A DNA stretch of 64,000 nucleotides. It comes from Saccostrea cucullata. Its lineage: Eukaryota. The notes beneath the pieces were generated by a model that saw only the letters and a program-made list of their open reading frames with translations, did not search any database and was not told the DNA's origin. The position numbers were made by a program, and so were the translations under genes. Positions 51,995 to 64,000 of this stretch are shown here, piece by piece (the first letter of the stretch is position 1; the number at the start of each line of letters is the position of its first letter). The stretch lies in NCBI RefSeq assembly GCF_032062105.1, contig NW_026931071.1, positions 62,001 to 126,000 on the forward strand. The letters run 5' to 3'.

Positions 51995-53387
51995 TCACAT
52001 ATATCTATGTATTGCTATTGTCAGTAAATGAATCATTATTAGTATTGTATTCAACAGTGGACGACAACTGGTGTTAATTTCTACCGCTAGTTTGTTCACC
52101 TCTTCTTCAGACATTAGTATGGGACCGTTACAGAAGCTGGTATTGCACCACGTGACACAAGCAAGGAGATGGTCCTGCGAGTCCGGATAGTACGTGCAAC
52201 TCGTCTGGTTGTCGGTGGAAAATTTTCGAAATCCTTTCACTGATATGTCGTTTTGTCCTTCAGAACACCCTCGAATAAAGGAAAACGTTTCACCTACAAT
52301 AAATGTTTGGTAAAATTTTTAAGTGCATATTTAAGTCTTCACTTAAAGAACGAACTTTAAATTTTATTAATTATCAGCCTATTGCGAGAAATAGGTTGTG
52401 GGAGCAAGTTAAAGCTTATTTTTCATCTGATACAAAATCCAGAATGTAATCTTTAAGGCATCATCTGACAAAATGATAAAAAGATCCACTTGAATACAAT
52501 TGTAATTTCAAAATGGACTTCCCTCAACTGATCTTTTTTCCTGTGTTCACTCACCTGTCACTGCAAAATAAGCAAAAATGCCTAAGTACGTTTATATATT
52601 AGAAATGATAATTATTTAATATCTACATAGAATGATGGTTTGATCATTTAAATATACATTTAATGATTAGAATTTCCCTTTCTTGAAAGTGTCAAAAATA
52701 TAAATATTGTATAATCCTTATCATATCTTTGTTTAATTATCATTTACTATTTATTATTACCTCTTTCTTGGTAATTTTCTATGACACAGTAGTCTCCCCA
52801 GGTAGATGTGCAGTTTTTTAGGTAACCTCTGTCCTGTCCCCCGCCAATAGTTTCATTGGCCTCCAGGTACGTCATCACAGACTTCCTAAACAGGTCCATG
52901 TTAGACTGGCAGTCTCCGAAAGCCTTGGAATCGGCACATTGGTAGCATATTATAGCTTCTACAATATACGTAGTTCAAGACACACAATGAAGTTTACTAG
53001 GTAAACTATGTAAAAAAAAAAGAACAGGCAAACAGATAGGCAGAGACTAAACAAAGGGTACCCGTCTAGGTAAGGTGAGCTAAAAATTCTTCTTCAACTC
53101 ATATTCTGACAACTTTTGCCAATGCATGGTATATTTTATCACCAAAACAAAACAAACGAAAAAAAAACTCGGTGTAAGCCTCAGTGTAAATGGAGGATAC
53201 AAGTACTACCCTCGAAACGTTAAAAATCGAGTCAATTGAATTGAATTGAAGACTGTAAAAAATAAATTAACTATAAACACCATTGCCAGCATGTAAGCAC
53301 TACTATCTTACCTGAGTATCCCAGCATTAACAGTAATAACAAAAGAAACATAAGACACATTCTGCCGAAATCTTCAAGTTTCGTCAT
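51995..53387 (-). CDS. Ly6/three-finger (Quiver-like) GPI-type protein D (190 aa)
   Basis: Exons 53387-53312 (MTKLEDFGRMCLMFLLLLLLMLGYS), 52958-52761 (AIICYQC...GDC...KNC...DYCVIE) and 52293-51995 (IRGC...NQTSC...ACVTWCNTSFCNG plus hydrophobic tail); 573 nt; phase-1 GT-AG introns. Confidence 0.9.
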
Positions 53388-53821
53388 ATTTCTATATTAA
53401 ACACTTCCGGAAAAGGTATACGCTTGTGTATGGTCATATGACTTTGTTATCTTTTTTATTTGCCATCTATAGTCCTGTGAACAAGAACCGATAACAAAAT
53501 ATTGATTTCTAATGCAGTTTAGGATTGCATTGGTAAAAAGATAAGCATACCCACCTTTTCATATCTTTTCATTTATTTTGGAATGAAATCCACTTTTACA
53601 AAATTACTCATCAATGTAAGATCTGCAGCGTGATACATTTTAAGAATTTAAAGAACGTCCACATGGCATGATTTCACTAACTTCCTGATATATATAACGC
53701 AATGTCTGATTGATCACAATGCAGATTAAAAAAATCAAAAATATTACATGAATAAAAGGTAAGGGTCCAGCAGAGAAGGCTTGTAACAAAAATGCCTTTG
53801 TTTATTTGTTTGTTAAATACG

Positions 53822-54792
53822 TATGGTTCACGGCGGGTGTGACCAGTCGACTGGGGATGTTTACTCCTACTTCTTACTTGATCCCACCTCTGGAATGTCA
53901 AGGGGTCCGTGTTTTACCCAATTTTATCAGATTTGTATTATTTATAGATTTTTTTTTAGATCGAGCACTGTTTATATCTATCAGTTTTTCATTTGTTGGT
54001 CCAATTATTATAACTCTTTTAAGAAGTATTAATTCTACGTCTGGTAATCCAACTAATACTCACATTCAACTCATTTTCCAACAATGGAATTCTTTAAAAT
54101 CACATTTCAGCGTTTATTACAAGAAAAACGTGGAGTTTATGAACAGTATTCAAACCCAAAAGTTTATTCAAAGAATACAAACCAGGAGCAGAGCAGACAC
54201 GGACATCTAAGATATCAGAGGCGGGATCAGGGGCCTTCGAGGAATGATTATCCCCTGTGTACTCCCCGCAACGATCGGGAAATTACGGGAAAATCCGTCG
54301 ACAACCCAGAATTTAAATAATAGTCTAAAAATTAGTGTTATAAACATCAGTCATCATTTGACTAAATGATAGATTGTACCTGCTGACAAGGTCATTGTAC
54401 AAGCCATAGAAGTCACGAAATGTATACGTTAACGTACGACTGGTGATATTCTTGTTTCATCAACTTGTCTGTCAATAATTTACCTCGTTTAAGATATTGT
54501 TCAAATGTAGAGTATGCTATTACCTATCAAATAAACCTATTATGCAGGGAATAAAGGTATATTGCTGCATAAGTAATGGAAATTGACGATTGAAATATTA
54601 AAGTCATTACGTTTATCACAAAGCTTTGTTGTCAGATTACCATTTATCGAGTGTGACTTTTCAACAGGGGTATCTTACTTCTTCTTTCTCTTGATTCCAC
54701 TTCTGTAATTTCCAGGGTCCGTATTTTACACCCTTTTCACATATTTGTAATGGTTGTCAATTTTATGAAGACCAACTACTGCTCATTATCTA
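53822..54792. mobile_element. Cluster of Penelope-like fragments in mixed orientation
   Basis: Plus-strand 3' module ~53822-53985, minus-strand RT and 3' module ~54170-54640, plus-strand 3' module ~54650-54792. Confidence 0.68.
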
Positions 54793-54809
54793 CTCCCTTT
54801 TTATGCTTT

Positions 54810-55005
54810 GTGAACGGGAGGCCCGGGTTCGATGCGCGTTCGCTGCGCTTGGTACTCCAAGCGCAAATCATGGGACTTTCAAATGATAGATGTTTAATCT
54901 CAGAGGCTCCGTGTCACTGTAGGCGTCGGCACAATAAAAAAAAAAAAATTAACTACCCAATGGCCCTGAGTGCCAAGAATAGATGTAGATAAACTATGAG
55001 TTCAA
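54810..55005 (+). mobile_element. tRNA-derived SINE with Meta-like core, degenerate
   Basis: Box-B-like GGGTTCGATGC followed by ccgtgtcactgtaggcgtcggcacaataaa...caatggccctgagtgccaag. Related pieces at 11743-11890 (minus) and at 11971-12002 plus 12397-12510. Confidence 0.55.
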
Positions 55006-58000
55006 CAATGATGATGAAACTTTAAAAAATATATCGTTTAATAATATATAGTACTTATGTAAAAAAAAAGAAAAGAAAAACATTTTAAGGAAAGGATTGC
55101 ACGGGTCCGTGAAAAAATTCTGCCCAATTAATTTTTCTCATTTTTACATATAACGTTCCTAATGTCAATAATACCATTATATCAAAGTATCCAGCATGGT
55201 CATCAGGCTTATAAGGAAGTTATGGTTGCCATGGTAACCACCATTTTTTAATCTTTTGATATTTATGAGGTGAATGTTTTATAATGCCATACATGCAACA
55301 AAATTGAAGCAAATTAAATATTTTTTTGCAGATATTTAATAATATGCTTTACTTTTATTGAAAATAAAAATTGTTTCGGAAACTATTGATAAATGTAGTA
55401 ATGCCATTGTTTTTTGGGGAAGTATTAATTGTAAATTTGCAGTAATATTTTCACCTCAATAGCAGTTTTTAACGTCTAGACAAAAAATTACCCAATGAAT
55501 TTTCCCAAAACTTATATATGCTGTACTAGTCATTATAAGTGACTTATGGTTAAAATATGAAGTAAGGTAATCAGATTAATTTTGAAGGTACACGCATTTC
55601 AGTACCCCCCCCCCCTCCTAGAATATTAAAAGATTTCACAGATTTTCATATGATGGTTTGTTGTTGGACCTTAAATATGCATAATCTGTTTAAAGACAAT
55701 AAAGGCCATATGTATAGATAAATAAATACTTTTTCTCTGAAAATCTGGCAGCTGATGCTCATTTTACATGTATATGTGAAGCACAATGATTTACTTATCA
55801 CCGACAGTGGTCACGAAAATAACTTTTATTTTTTTTTCAAACTCAGTTTTTCATTTCCAAAACATTCATTTTGTTACTATAATCAATATAAATAAATAAT
55901 ATATTATAAACCAGTGCACAGTCCTCAAAGGCCTCATTCTTCATGCTTTGAACACTCAGCGATGTTTCTTCTTAGTGACCTGGAATCGGGGTGGGGGGTG
56001 GGGTTCAGACATTTAAACACATTGAATGAATAGAGGTTATTTTCTAAAACTTGTAACTGCATTATATATATATATTTTTTAAATAAATGTATTCATCCAT
56101 AAATAATCTTACTGGCCAAATTATAGTAATTCTGGTTGTTCTAAATATTCACATTTAGTCATTTACAAATAGTTTTCCTTCCGATTCTTTTCAAGTAAGT
56201 ACACTTCATTTTCTCCTGTACATGGATGAGCGCTATCTCCATTGTGACTTCATAATGATACAATTGACGTCAAAACTATAGATCTACTGTTTTGATTCAA
56301 AAATAATCATTGATTGAAATAACTTTCCGTCGCTTTATGATATATGCTGGAGTGAAACATCTATGTTCATGTCCATGTGATTAAAAAAACAAACAGTTTT
56401 CAAATGTATTCCCATAAGCATGATGAGTTCACATGTTTCTTTTATTTATTTATGTTCACATCTTCCCTGGTATTCTTTCAGAAGTGTGTTGTGTTTCAAT
56501 ACGACGCATAAAACATTTTACAACAATCGTTTACAATATATATGTGCGACGATGATTGAATGTTTACGCGGTCGATGTTACTGCTGAAAATGCTAAAGAT
56601 CTTATAGGAGAAAACAAAATCCTCTGCGATATTTTTTTAAAAAGATATGTCTTCTAGGCATAAGTGGTCTTCGCCGTAATACGTTTATCAAAATCGCCTT
56701 CGTTCATCAATATTTATACATATGTGTATCTAGTAAATCACGCCGTCTGAATCTCTTATTGGAAATTATCTATACATAGATGTGGATCCTATGATAAACA
56801 ACAATCTTAAATAAAATTCTAATTTTAAAATGAAGATATAAACCTCAAGATATAAATCAAATTTATTTTTAATGAAATAGATTTCAATGTTCAGAGATAA
56901 ACAATAGATAGACGTGTCAAATCGTAAAACATGCACGAAGATAAAAAATATGATCAACGCTCACCAACACTCTCAGTGCATCGTAACAATCTTTAATATC
57001 TTATACTTTCTCTACTTTAAAAAAATAAATCCCTTTTGTCAAGCGCAAACATATGACGCTCCTTATTCCGGAAATAGTTACAGCAAACATTCTTTTTTTA
57101 CTCACCATATGACGTGATCACGTGACGCCGTGCAATCGCGTCCGTAAGAGCCAGTCCGCGAGAAAACCATGCAAAATTCAAAAAATCGTCCAAATGGAAG
57201 GTTGCAACTTGGGAGTTTTTAGTGGCTTAAAATTTTCTACATAAAGGTAGAAGTCAGAATATTCACAAAAAAATGTTGAACCCTGCACCTATTTTTAGTA
57301 ACAGCTCATTTGCATATTTGTCGAAAATCACACAAAATTCAATGGAAAATGTATACAAATTGATCAAGTCAAAAAGTTACCTTTTGTAATCAGTTTATTT
57401 TCAAATTTTGTTTTATTTTCAAAGTCATGGTCCAATTAACACAATTAATGAGGAAAAACTGAATTCAAATGAATATTTTATTTTTTACACATCTATTTAT
57501 AGATCCTAAATAAATGAGTATGATTTTTTAGCCATTTTTAGATGCTCGTTTCTCTCAAGACCAAGGTTGAAATTAAATTAAATTAATTGTTACTTTAAGA
57601 ATGATCTAAGGTCTACTTTGTATTAAAATATTGAGCTTGGGAAATAATATCTACATGTTTTAAATTAACTTTGAAATACCATATTTGGCTACAATTTCAC
57701 ATATTTTAAATAACAGTCTTTTACCATATTTTTGGATTATTTCTATGATATTTAAATGAAAAATAGAAGATTCTTAATCTAATATATTTTTTAAAAGAGG
57801 AATAACTGATTTGGATACTTCATATAACTTTCTTTTGCTTATTTTAGCCCCTTGTTACCAATTTGCTGAAGTTAAATTGTTATCTCCCCTTGCTGGAACT
57901 CTTTAGTATTATTGGGTAAAAAGTGACAGGTATGTCAATATGGAAAGAAGAAAGTCATGTATGATTATTTTTTCTTTACCTAGGGAGTTTTTGTGGAGCA

Positions 58001-58941
58001 TTATTGCACTATGAAAGAGGGAAAACTTATTTTAAGATATTTGAATGTAAGAAAGAAACAACAACTTAGCTTGAATAAACAAAACAGGCCCATAGGAAGC
58101 AATTTCAGTGTGGGGGAGGGGGCACAACCTACAATTCTACATTATCAACTACCAAGAATTCCATAGAAAGTAAAAAAAAAAAATTGAAAGGCCATCAGAT
58201 GTTTTTTTTTTTTTATTTGGGTCATATACATGTAGTAGCTATGCTTTCTATAGGGTTCTGTCCTCGGGGAATCTACATGTATTTCATGGTAATTAACAGT
58301 TACAAAATTTTTCCTAAGAAGTACATTTGAATAGGAAATTTAATCAAATAATAACAGAATATTTTAATCAAAATATACATTTGATATTTTGTTTAAGGCA
58401 CCTGGCCCCCGTTCAAGTTCAAGATCATTTTATTCACTCAAACCATTTCAGGTACATGAGGACAATGAAGAATATTTACAACATATTTATTATAAATTTA
58501 GGTCAGAGGTACAAATATATGATATACATAATTAGAATATGAAAAAGAAACGAAAAAAGAAAAACACATATGAAACATGTAATAATGAAATAAGCGAGGG
58601 GGAAAATCATGGAGGACTGACTAACTAAAATCATATATTTTCAATATAAACGAACGTAGTTTTCTTAGTGTCTCAGCAACTTGTTTTGTCATCAGTTGAG
58701 AAAATATGATAAAGAATAGTAGAATACAAACCTGTCAGGTATTCGATTGCATACTCTCAACAAATGAAAAAAAATTGGTAATTTCAATCTACATGTAAAT
58801 TGTTTACGTTTCATAAATTTAGTGTGTTTTTGAGTTAACCAAACACCGTCATTCCTAGGAATATTGTTAATTTTACATTACATACATGTACTTTAAACTA
58901 CTGTGTTACATAACATTCATATATTGATAAAGTCAGATCTC

Positions 58942-59718
58942 CAGTGGCGTATATTCCATATAGGCAAAAAGGCTGTAGCCTACACATCATTTCCTCAAGA
59001 GTAAAACTTTGGTTGAATAAAGGGGCGGGGAGTTGATAATAAATCGTACCTATTAATTTATTTTGTTGGAAATGAAAAAAAAGTATTCTTTGCAATCCGC
59101 ACTTTTATGCCTAACCGATTATGTTTACAGTTTTGCTTTATATTTAAGGACAAAAGTATTCCTTAGCTTGACATTTTTTTAAGCCAAAGTTCAAGTGTTA
59201 TTAATATCAAGTCTGTATCAGAAAATTTAATCAAAAGCAACAGGATCCCATAATATGTGCAGGAAACGAAATTGATAACTTGCATTATATTTCTTAGTCA
59301 ACATTTTGATCGAATTTTGATTATTTAGTAAGGAAGTTTCCATATTTTCTAAGCGGGTATCAAGTAAAAGGATAAGTTCTCAGTTTTGTTAAGTGGTCTT
59401 CACATCACGATATAAATTGTTGATTATTTAGTAAGGAAGTTTCCATATTTTCTAAGCGGATATCAAATAAAAGGATAAGTTCTCAGTTTTGTTAAGTGGT
59501 CTTCACATCACGATATAAACTGTAATATAAGTACAATATTATTTTCACTGGTCAAATTAAAATTGCAGATGTCTGAGTTTGCAAAAGTGGTCCCTTTGAC
59601 CCCCCCCCCCCAATACCTATCGAGAGGAAGCCCCTTGTCTACCAAAGCTTTGCAGCTCAGGTTCAATATGTGGCTTCACACAAGCCTACACATTAGCAGA
59701 AAGGAATATACGGCACTG
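58942..59718. mobile_element. hAT-like non-autonomous element (CAG...CTG) nested in the Sola3-like element
   Basis: 16-bp TIR cagtggcgtatattcc / ggaatatacggcactg; 5-bp direct flank ATCTC. Confidence 0.72.
59317..59522. repeat. 103-bp tandem duplication
   Basis: ttgattatttagtaaggaagtttccatattttctaagcgg...cacatcacgatataaa occurs twice, nearly identical. Confidence 0.9.
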
Positions 59719-62028
59719 ATCTCTTATTAAAAATCATCAGCTCAAAAGGAGATGCCACCGATTTAGGTACCCCACCGATATAGGACCATCCTCGTTAAAT
59801 ATTGGCAAAATTATTCAGGGGAGGGCACTACCCCCCCCCCCCAAGAAAATATGAGTCGTTACTGCAGCCAAAACTTTGCCAGTTTGCAGTACAAAGTGGT
59901 AAAAATTTAAAACCGGCTATAAACATGATAAACATGATAAAAGACTGGATTCATATTCATTCAAACTGGGGGGGGGGGGGGGGGCTTATCAAATTTTGTC
60001 GAAATTATTTTCAAAACGTTATTAATAAAATTGTATAAGGCTTTGTAAATTAATATTTGATACTTTTTTCTGAATAACCATAAAGGTATTATTAATACCA
60101 TTGCAGAAAGAGATAAATTGTTTTTTTTAAAATGTTATATCACTTATATGTACATGTATCCACTGAAAACAGTTGGGGGAGGGGGCGTGTCAGTCGATTA
60201 AGGTCAGGATATTAAATATACGAGTGTATCTAGTACCCAATCGTTTCACCCCAACCTCCCTACAATTTACATACTAATATTGAAATGGATAAAAATAATG
60301 AAAAATTATAAGGGTTCTGGAGGGGTGTTGCTAAAACGAGGAACGGAGAACGGAACGGAAAAACGTATTATATTTTTTATTTTAGATTAAATCACTTCAA
60401 ATACACAAATTTATAAACAATATATATTTCATAAATTCAATCCCCCATTATTTAATTCAAGTTGATTTATTCGTGTTCATAAAATCTCTTATTCACGAAA
60501 ATCGCAGTCATAGCAGTGACGTAGAAACGATTTTGAAGGGGGGGGGGGGTAAATTAAACTTACCTGAAAAGAATATTTGCCAAGCGAAAAAAGAAGACAA
60601 TTGTTTTATTCGGGAAGTGGAATAAGAGTAAACTCCAGCATCTTTCATTTTCTTAAACTCCTTTATGGAGTATTTTGTATAACATCTCCTGTTAGTATTT
60701 TTAAAAGATTGTACCAATTTAAAATTGGCAGAAAGCAAACAACTTAGTGAAGGCTCAAATTTTATATGTTCAAGTCTCAAAATTTATATGAATGATACTG
60801 AGAGTCCGTTTGAATTTAAATACTTGTAATTTCCCTTTTATTAATTAAAAAGATACTAACTTACTGAATACAAAATGTAAGGAACATGAATATTCATATG
60901 ATTGTTTAAAAATTGCAAGTAAGCTTTTTTTCATTTCTAAACAATTGGCAAAATGCTAATCCTCATATTAGGGGTAATTTCTGACAATTTAGTTTAATTT
61001 AATTTTTAAATTTTAATATTTTTCAATCTTAATTATTATTTCAAAGAAAATTGTTACATGTTTCAATATCTAACATAAATTGTTTATAATTTTAAGTACT
61101 ATATTTGACTTTGTAACCCATTTGAGTTTGAGCAATTTTTTCAAAAATTGGCAATATGTAAATCCCCATATCTCAATTATTTATTATATCCCAAGCTCAA
61201 TATTTTGCAAAGATAATGTTTAGAGTTATATTTGTACAATAAAATCAAAAAAATTAATTTCAAAGATTGGTCTTGGAAGATTTGGGGCATTAAATTTGTA
61301 ATGCTTTTGGCAATTCTTGAAAATTGGCATCATGCCAATTTTCAAGAGTTGTCTGCTCTTTGATATATTGCATATTTGATTATGATAAATGTCAATTTTG
61401 AAAGAACATAGTCTTATGTTACTTAAAAATACCTTAATGGAAATGCAAGTTTAATTTTGAGTAAAATAAATTAAATGTGAATTTTACCATTTTTCTTGAA
61501 TTTTTTAAGTGCACAAATCTTGTACTTAAATGTGCAAAAAGGAGTTGGCGCTGCCTACGGCTGCCATGTTGAATGATGGGAATTTTTTTGGCCATTTTTG
61601 AATAACATATTATAAAGTCAAACTACCCACCAAATTTCATTAAGATATGACAACCTTCGATTTGGACAGTTCTGCATGGTTTTCTCGCGGACTGACTCTT
61701 AATAAAAGAATGTATTATTCGCTCTTTCTCCTTCAATAAAGTTGTACACAATGTAATTAAAAAGAAAATTAACTCTTGGAAAAAATATACATGCCAACAA
61801 TTTGTGTCATGACTTTTAAAATCATTATTGGGTGTATGAAAAGATTTCATGATATTTTATTTCCTATTGGATCCTTTTGAAAATCAAAATGACTATATTA
61901 CAGTTTTTTAAACACTTTGAAATGGTTAATTATAAATGTTTTGATTTATTTGGAAGAGAATCTCTCTCTCTCTCTCTTGCTCTCTCTTCTCATTTCCAAA
62001 CAATATAATTTCTTTTTTCTAATGCTTA

Positions 62029-62240
62029 CTGTGAAATCACTCATTTTCGTGGGGTTTGATTTTCGTTGTTTTCGAAGTATGGAGATTCGAAACCTTCGAA
62101 TTCATGACCACCACAAAATGTAAGATTTAATATGCATTATTACGCAACACTTCTCCAGCCAAGAAATCAAATACCCAATTATCAATAATTCTCTCTCAAA
62201 CCCCGAAAATTTGCACCCATGAAAATATGTGAAAATACAG
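62029..62240. mobile_element. TA-flanked MITE abutting the stop codon of Ly6 gene E
   Basis: TA-ctgtgaaatcactcattttcgtggg ... cccatgaaaatatgtgaaaatacag-TA. Confidence 0.75.
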
Positions 62241-62243
62241 TAT

Positions 62244-62861
62244 TTAAAGGACGGTTTGGAGGTTTAGTACTATAGATGCTATGATAATCGACCACCACAT
62301 CGTCATAACCCTCAGACTGGAGGACGTGCCTTGTGGTCCGTTACATAGATCTGTCTTACACAGTGACAGACACGCGAAAAATTTCCCTTCCACGTAGGAG
62401 CACGTGGTCGAATTTTTCTCCGCTTCGAGGTTCAGAAATCGGCTTGCATTGATCGAAAAATTCACACCATCAGAACAATCCCGAATATAAGCCACTACCA
62501 CTCCTGTAATAAATACACATTTCATACCTATATATCATTGCTCATTATCTTTAATATAATTGTATTCATTTTGTTATGATACGAAGTTCATGATATAATT
62601 TTTAATGATGCCCTTAATTCATTACAATCATTTTCTGGTCAGCTTAAAATACAATAAAAATTACAAAAAATGCTGTACCGTTGATTTCAATCCTTTCAAT
62701 CATGCAGAATTGTTCAGTAGTTTTACAAGATTTCCGATATTTAAAATCTGTGCTATTGCGGGTTTTTTTGTGTTTAACATGGTCCTGCATCATCCCTTCT
62801 AAATCTTCCTGACAACTTCCATTACTTTTACCGTCGCCGCATTGGTGGCAATAAAGAGCAT
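62244..62861 (-). CDS. Ly6/three-finger (Quiver-like) GPI-type protein E, 5'-partial (signal exon not found in window)
   Basis: Exons 62861-62679 (ALYCHQC...GSC...KSC...QFCMIE) and 62503-62244 (IRDC...NSTTC...ACLSLCKTDLCNG plus hydrophobic tail); same intron position and phase as A-D. Confidence 0.87.
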
Positions 62862-64000
62862 CTGTTAAAAATATATATTAACATACATAATTATATTATA
62901 TCCTCCCATTATGTTTAGATCTTAACTATTTCTTTTTCGTTGTGTCGCAATTATTACGAAACAATTTTTTTTCTTTAGAATCAAAAAATACATTTTCTAT
63001 TAAATTTGACAGGCACTACTCTATAGGAAAAAAATCAACATATAGGGTTAGGTTTTGAGTTTACAGTTTGGAGTAAAAGGATATTATTCGACATCTTTCA
63101 GATTTTTTTGATTAGAAATCACAATCGTTGGAAAAAGATCAAAATATAGTTTAGTTTTTTTAACATACACAGGCAATTACCAGTTTGAAGTTAAAACCAA
63201 ATCATGTTTTTTTTTTTGTTTTTTTGGGTTTTTTTTTATACATAAGAGTGAGTTGAAGTTTGTCTAGTCTTATAAAAAACATAAAATACTGTATCAGCTA
63301 AAACCGAAGAATTGAAATAATGTTAAAGAGGGAACAACGTCTATACATATAAGAAACACTCATGTAATGTAAAAAATTATAAGTTGCATGGTTGTTTGGT
63401 CGTATTGCAGACTGAGTGTGTATAAGGTATTTAGACTTTGTATCAATAAAATACAAATCCAGCAAAAGTGCACGAAACCATGCTTTGAGGTCAGTAGTTC
63501 TCTGAGATAATCATAAGAAGTGTAAAGAAACCATAGATTTTTAGTGGTGAGTCTTCCTTCCTAACTTGTAAATAAAACAATAACGAATTTAGTACTGCAA
63601 AGCATGAAACCTGTTTTAAAGAATAAAAAAAAATCAGAATCACAATTAGGTTAGTTGATTACTTAAACCAAAAAACTAGTAATGATATGTAAGATACAAT
63701 ATTCATTACTTATATTTAAATTATAAACAGTGGTAAGGAGGACAACCAGTATCATCAATTTTCATTAAAAAACATAAATACTGTAGTTTTTGAAGTATTC
63801 TTTTTTGTTTTGAGTTCCATGAAAATATATTGATAATGAACAGTATTCTAAATGAAAAGTACATTTAAACAAGACAAATTGGAGCAGAGCAAACACGGAC
63901 CTCTAAAAATTTGAGGTGGGATCAGGTGCCATGGAGGAATGAACATTCCCTGTCGACCGCTCAAACTTAAAAAATCTGTGTGTAAAGAATGACCTAACAA

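Larger units (their letters stand above)
57148..61698. mobile_element. Sola3-like non-autonomous DNA transposon (GAG...CTC ends, TTAA-like target, long TIRs)
   Basis: gagccagtccgcgagaaaaccatgca versus tgcatggttttctcgcggactgactc; flanks GTAA and TTAA; inverted similarity continues about 500 bp inward (aaaatattgagcttggga ~57630 / tcccaagctcaatatttt ~61190). No transposase ORF. Confidence 0.72.

Noticed and set aside
55224-55239. RFX X-box-like palindrome GGTTGCCATGGTAACC
   Set aside because: Lies in transposon-like sequence about 1.8 kb from the nearest start codon; no evidence of promoter function.
63655-63706. Candidate signal exon for Ly6 gene E (MNIVSYISLLVFWFK)
   Set aside because: The available GT donor is phase 2 but phase 1 is required; the true exon is probably outside the window.

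Overview
AT-rich, intron-containing animal genomic DNA, most likely a bivalve and probably an oyster (inferred from ~167-bp Cg170-like satellites inside Helentron-type elements, Meta-core SINEs and Naiad-type Penelope elements). Genes assembled by hand from splice sites: (i) two tandem 3-exon MFS transporters of the nodulin-like/MCH1 type, the first with a GC-AG intron; (ii) a small Cys-rich gene on the minus strand at 12.7-13.3 kb that is absent from the ORF track; (iii) a dispersed cluster of five GPI-type Ly6/three-finger (Quiver/sleepless-like) genes with a long hypervariable first loop, one carrying an extra mucin-like exon and one missing four core cysteines; (iv) a 407-aa low-complexity protein with a CaMKII pseudosubstrate-like LRRQHAF motif. 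The rest is mostly transposon-derived. It includes a decayed CR1-group LINE (SGNH esterase ORF1; 2A peptide, PHD, APE and RT in ORF2) whose inter-ORF region holds five hairpins with compensatory base changes, plus many Penelope-like fragments, Helentron-associated elements, TA-flanked MITEs, a foldback element, and a Sola3-like element with a nested hAT-like element. No database searches or folding programs were run; family names are motif-based.
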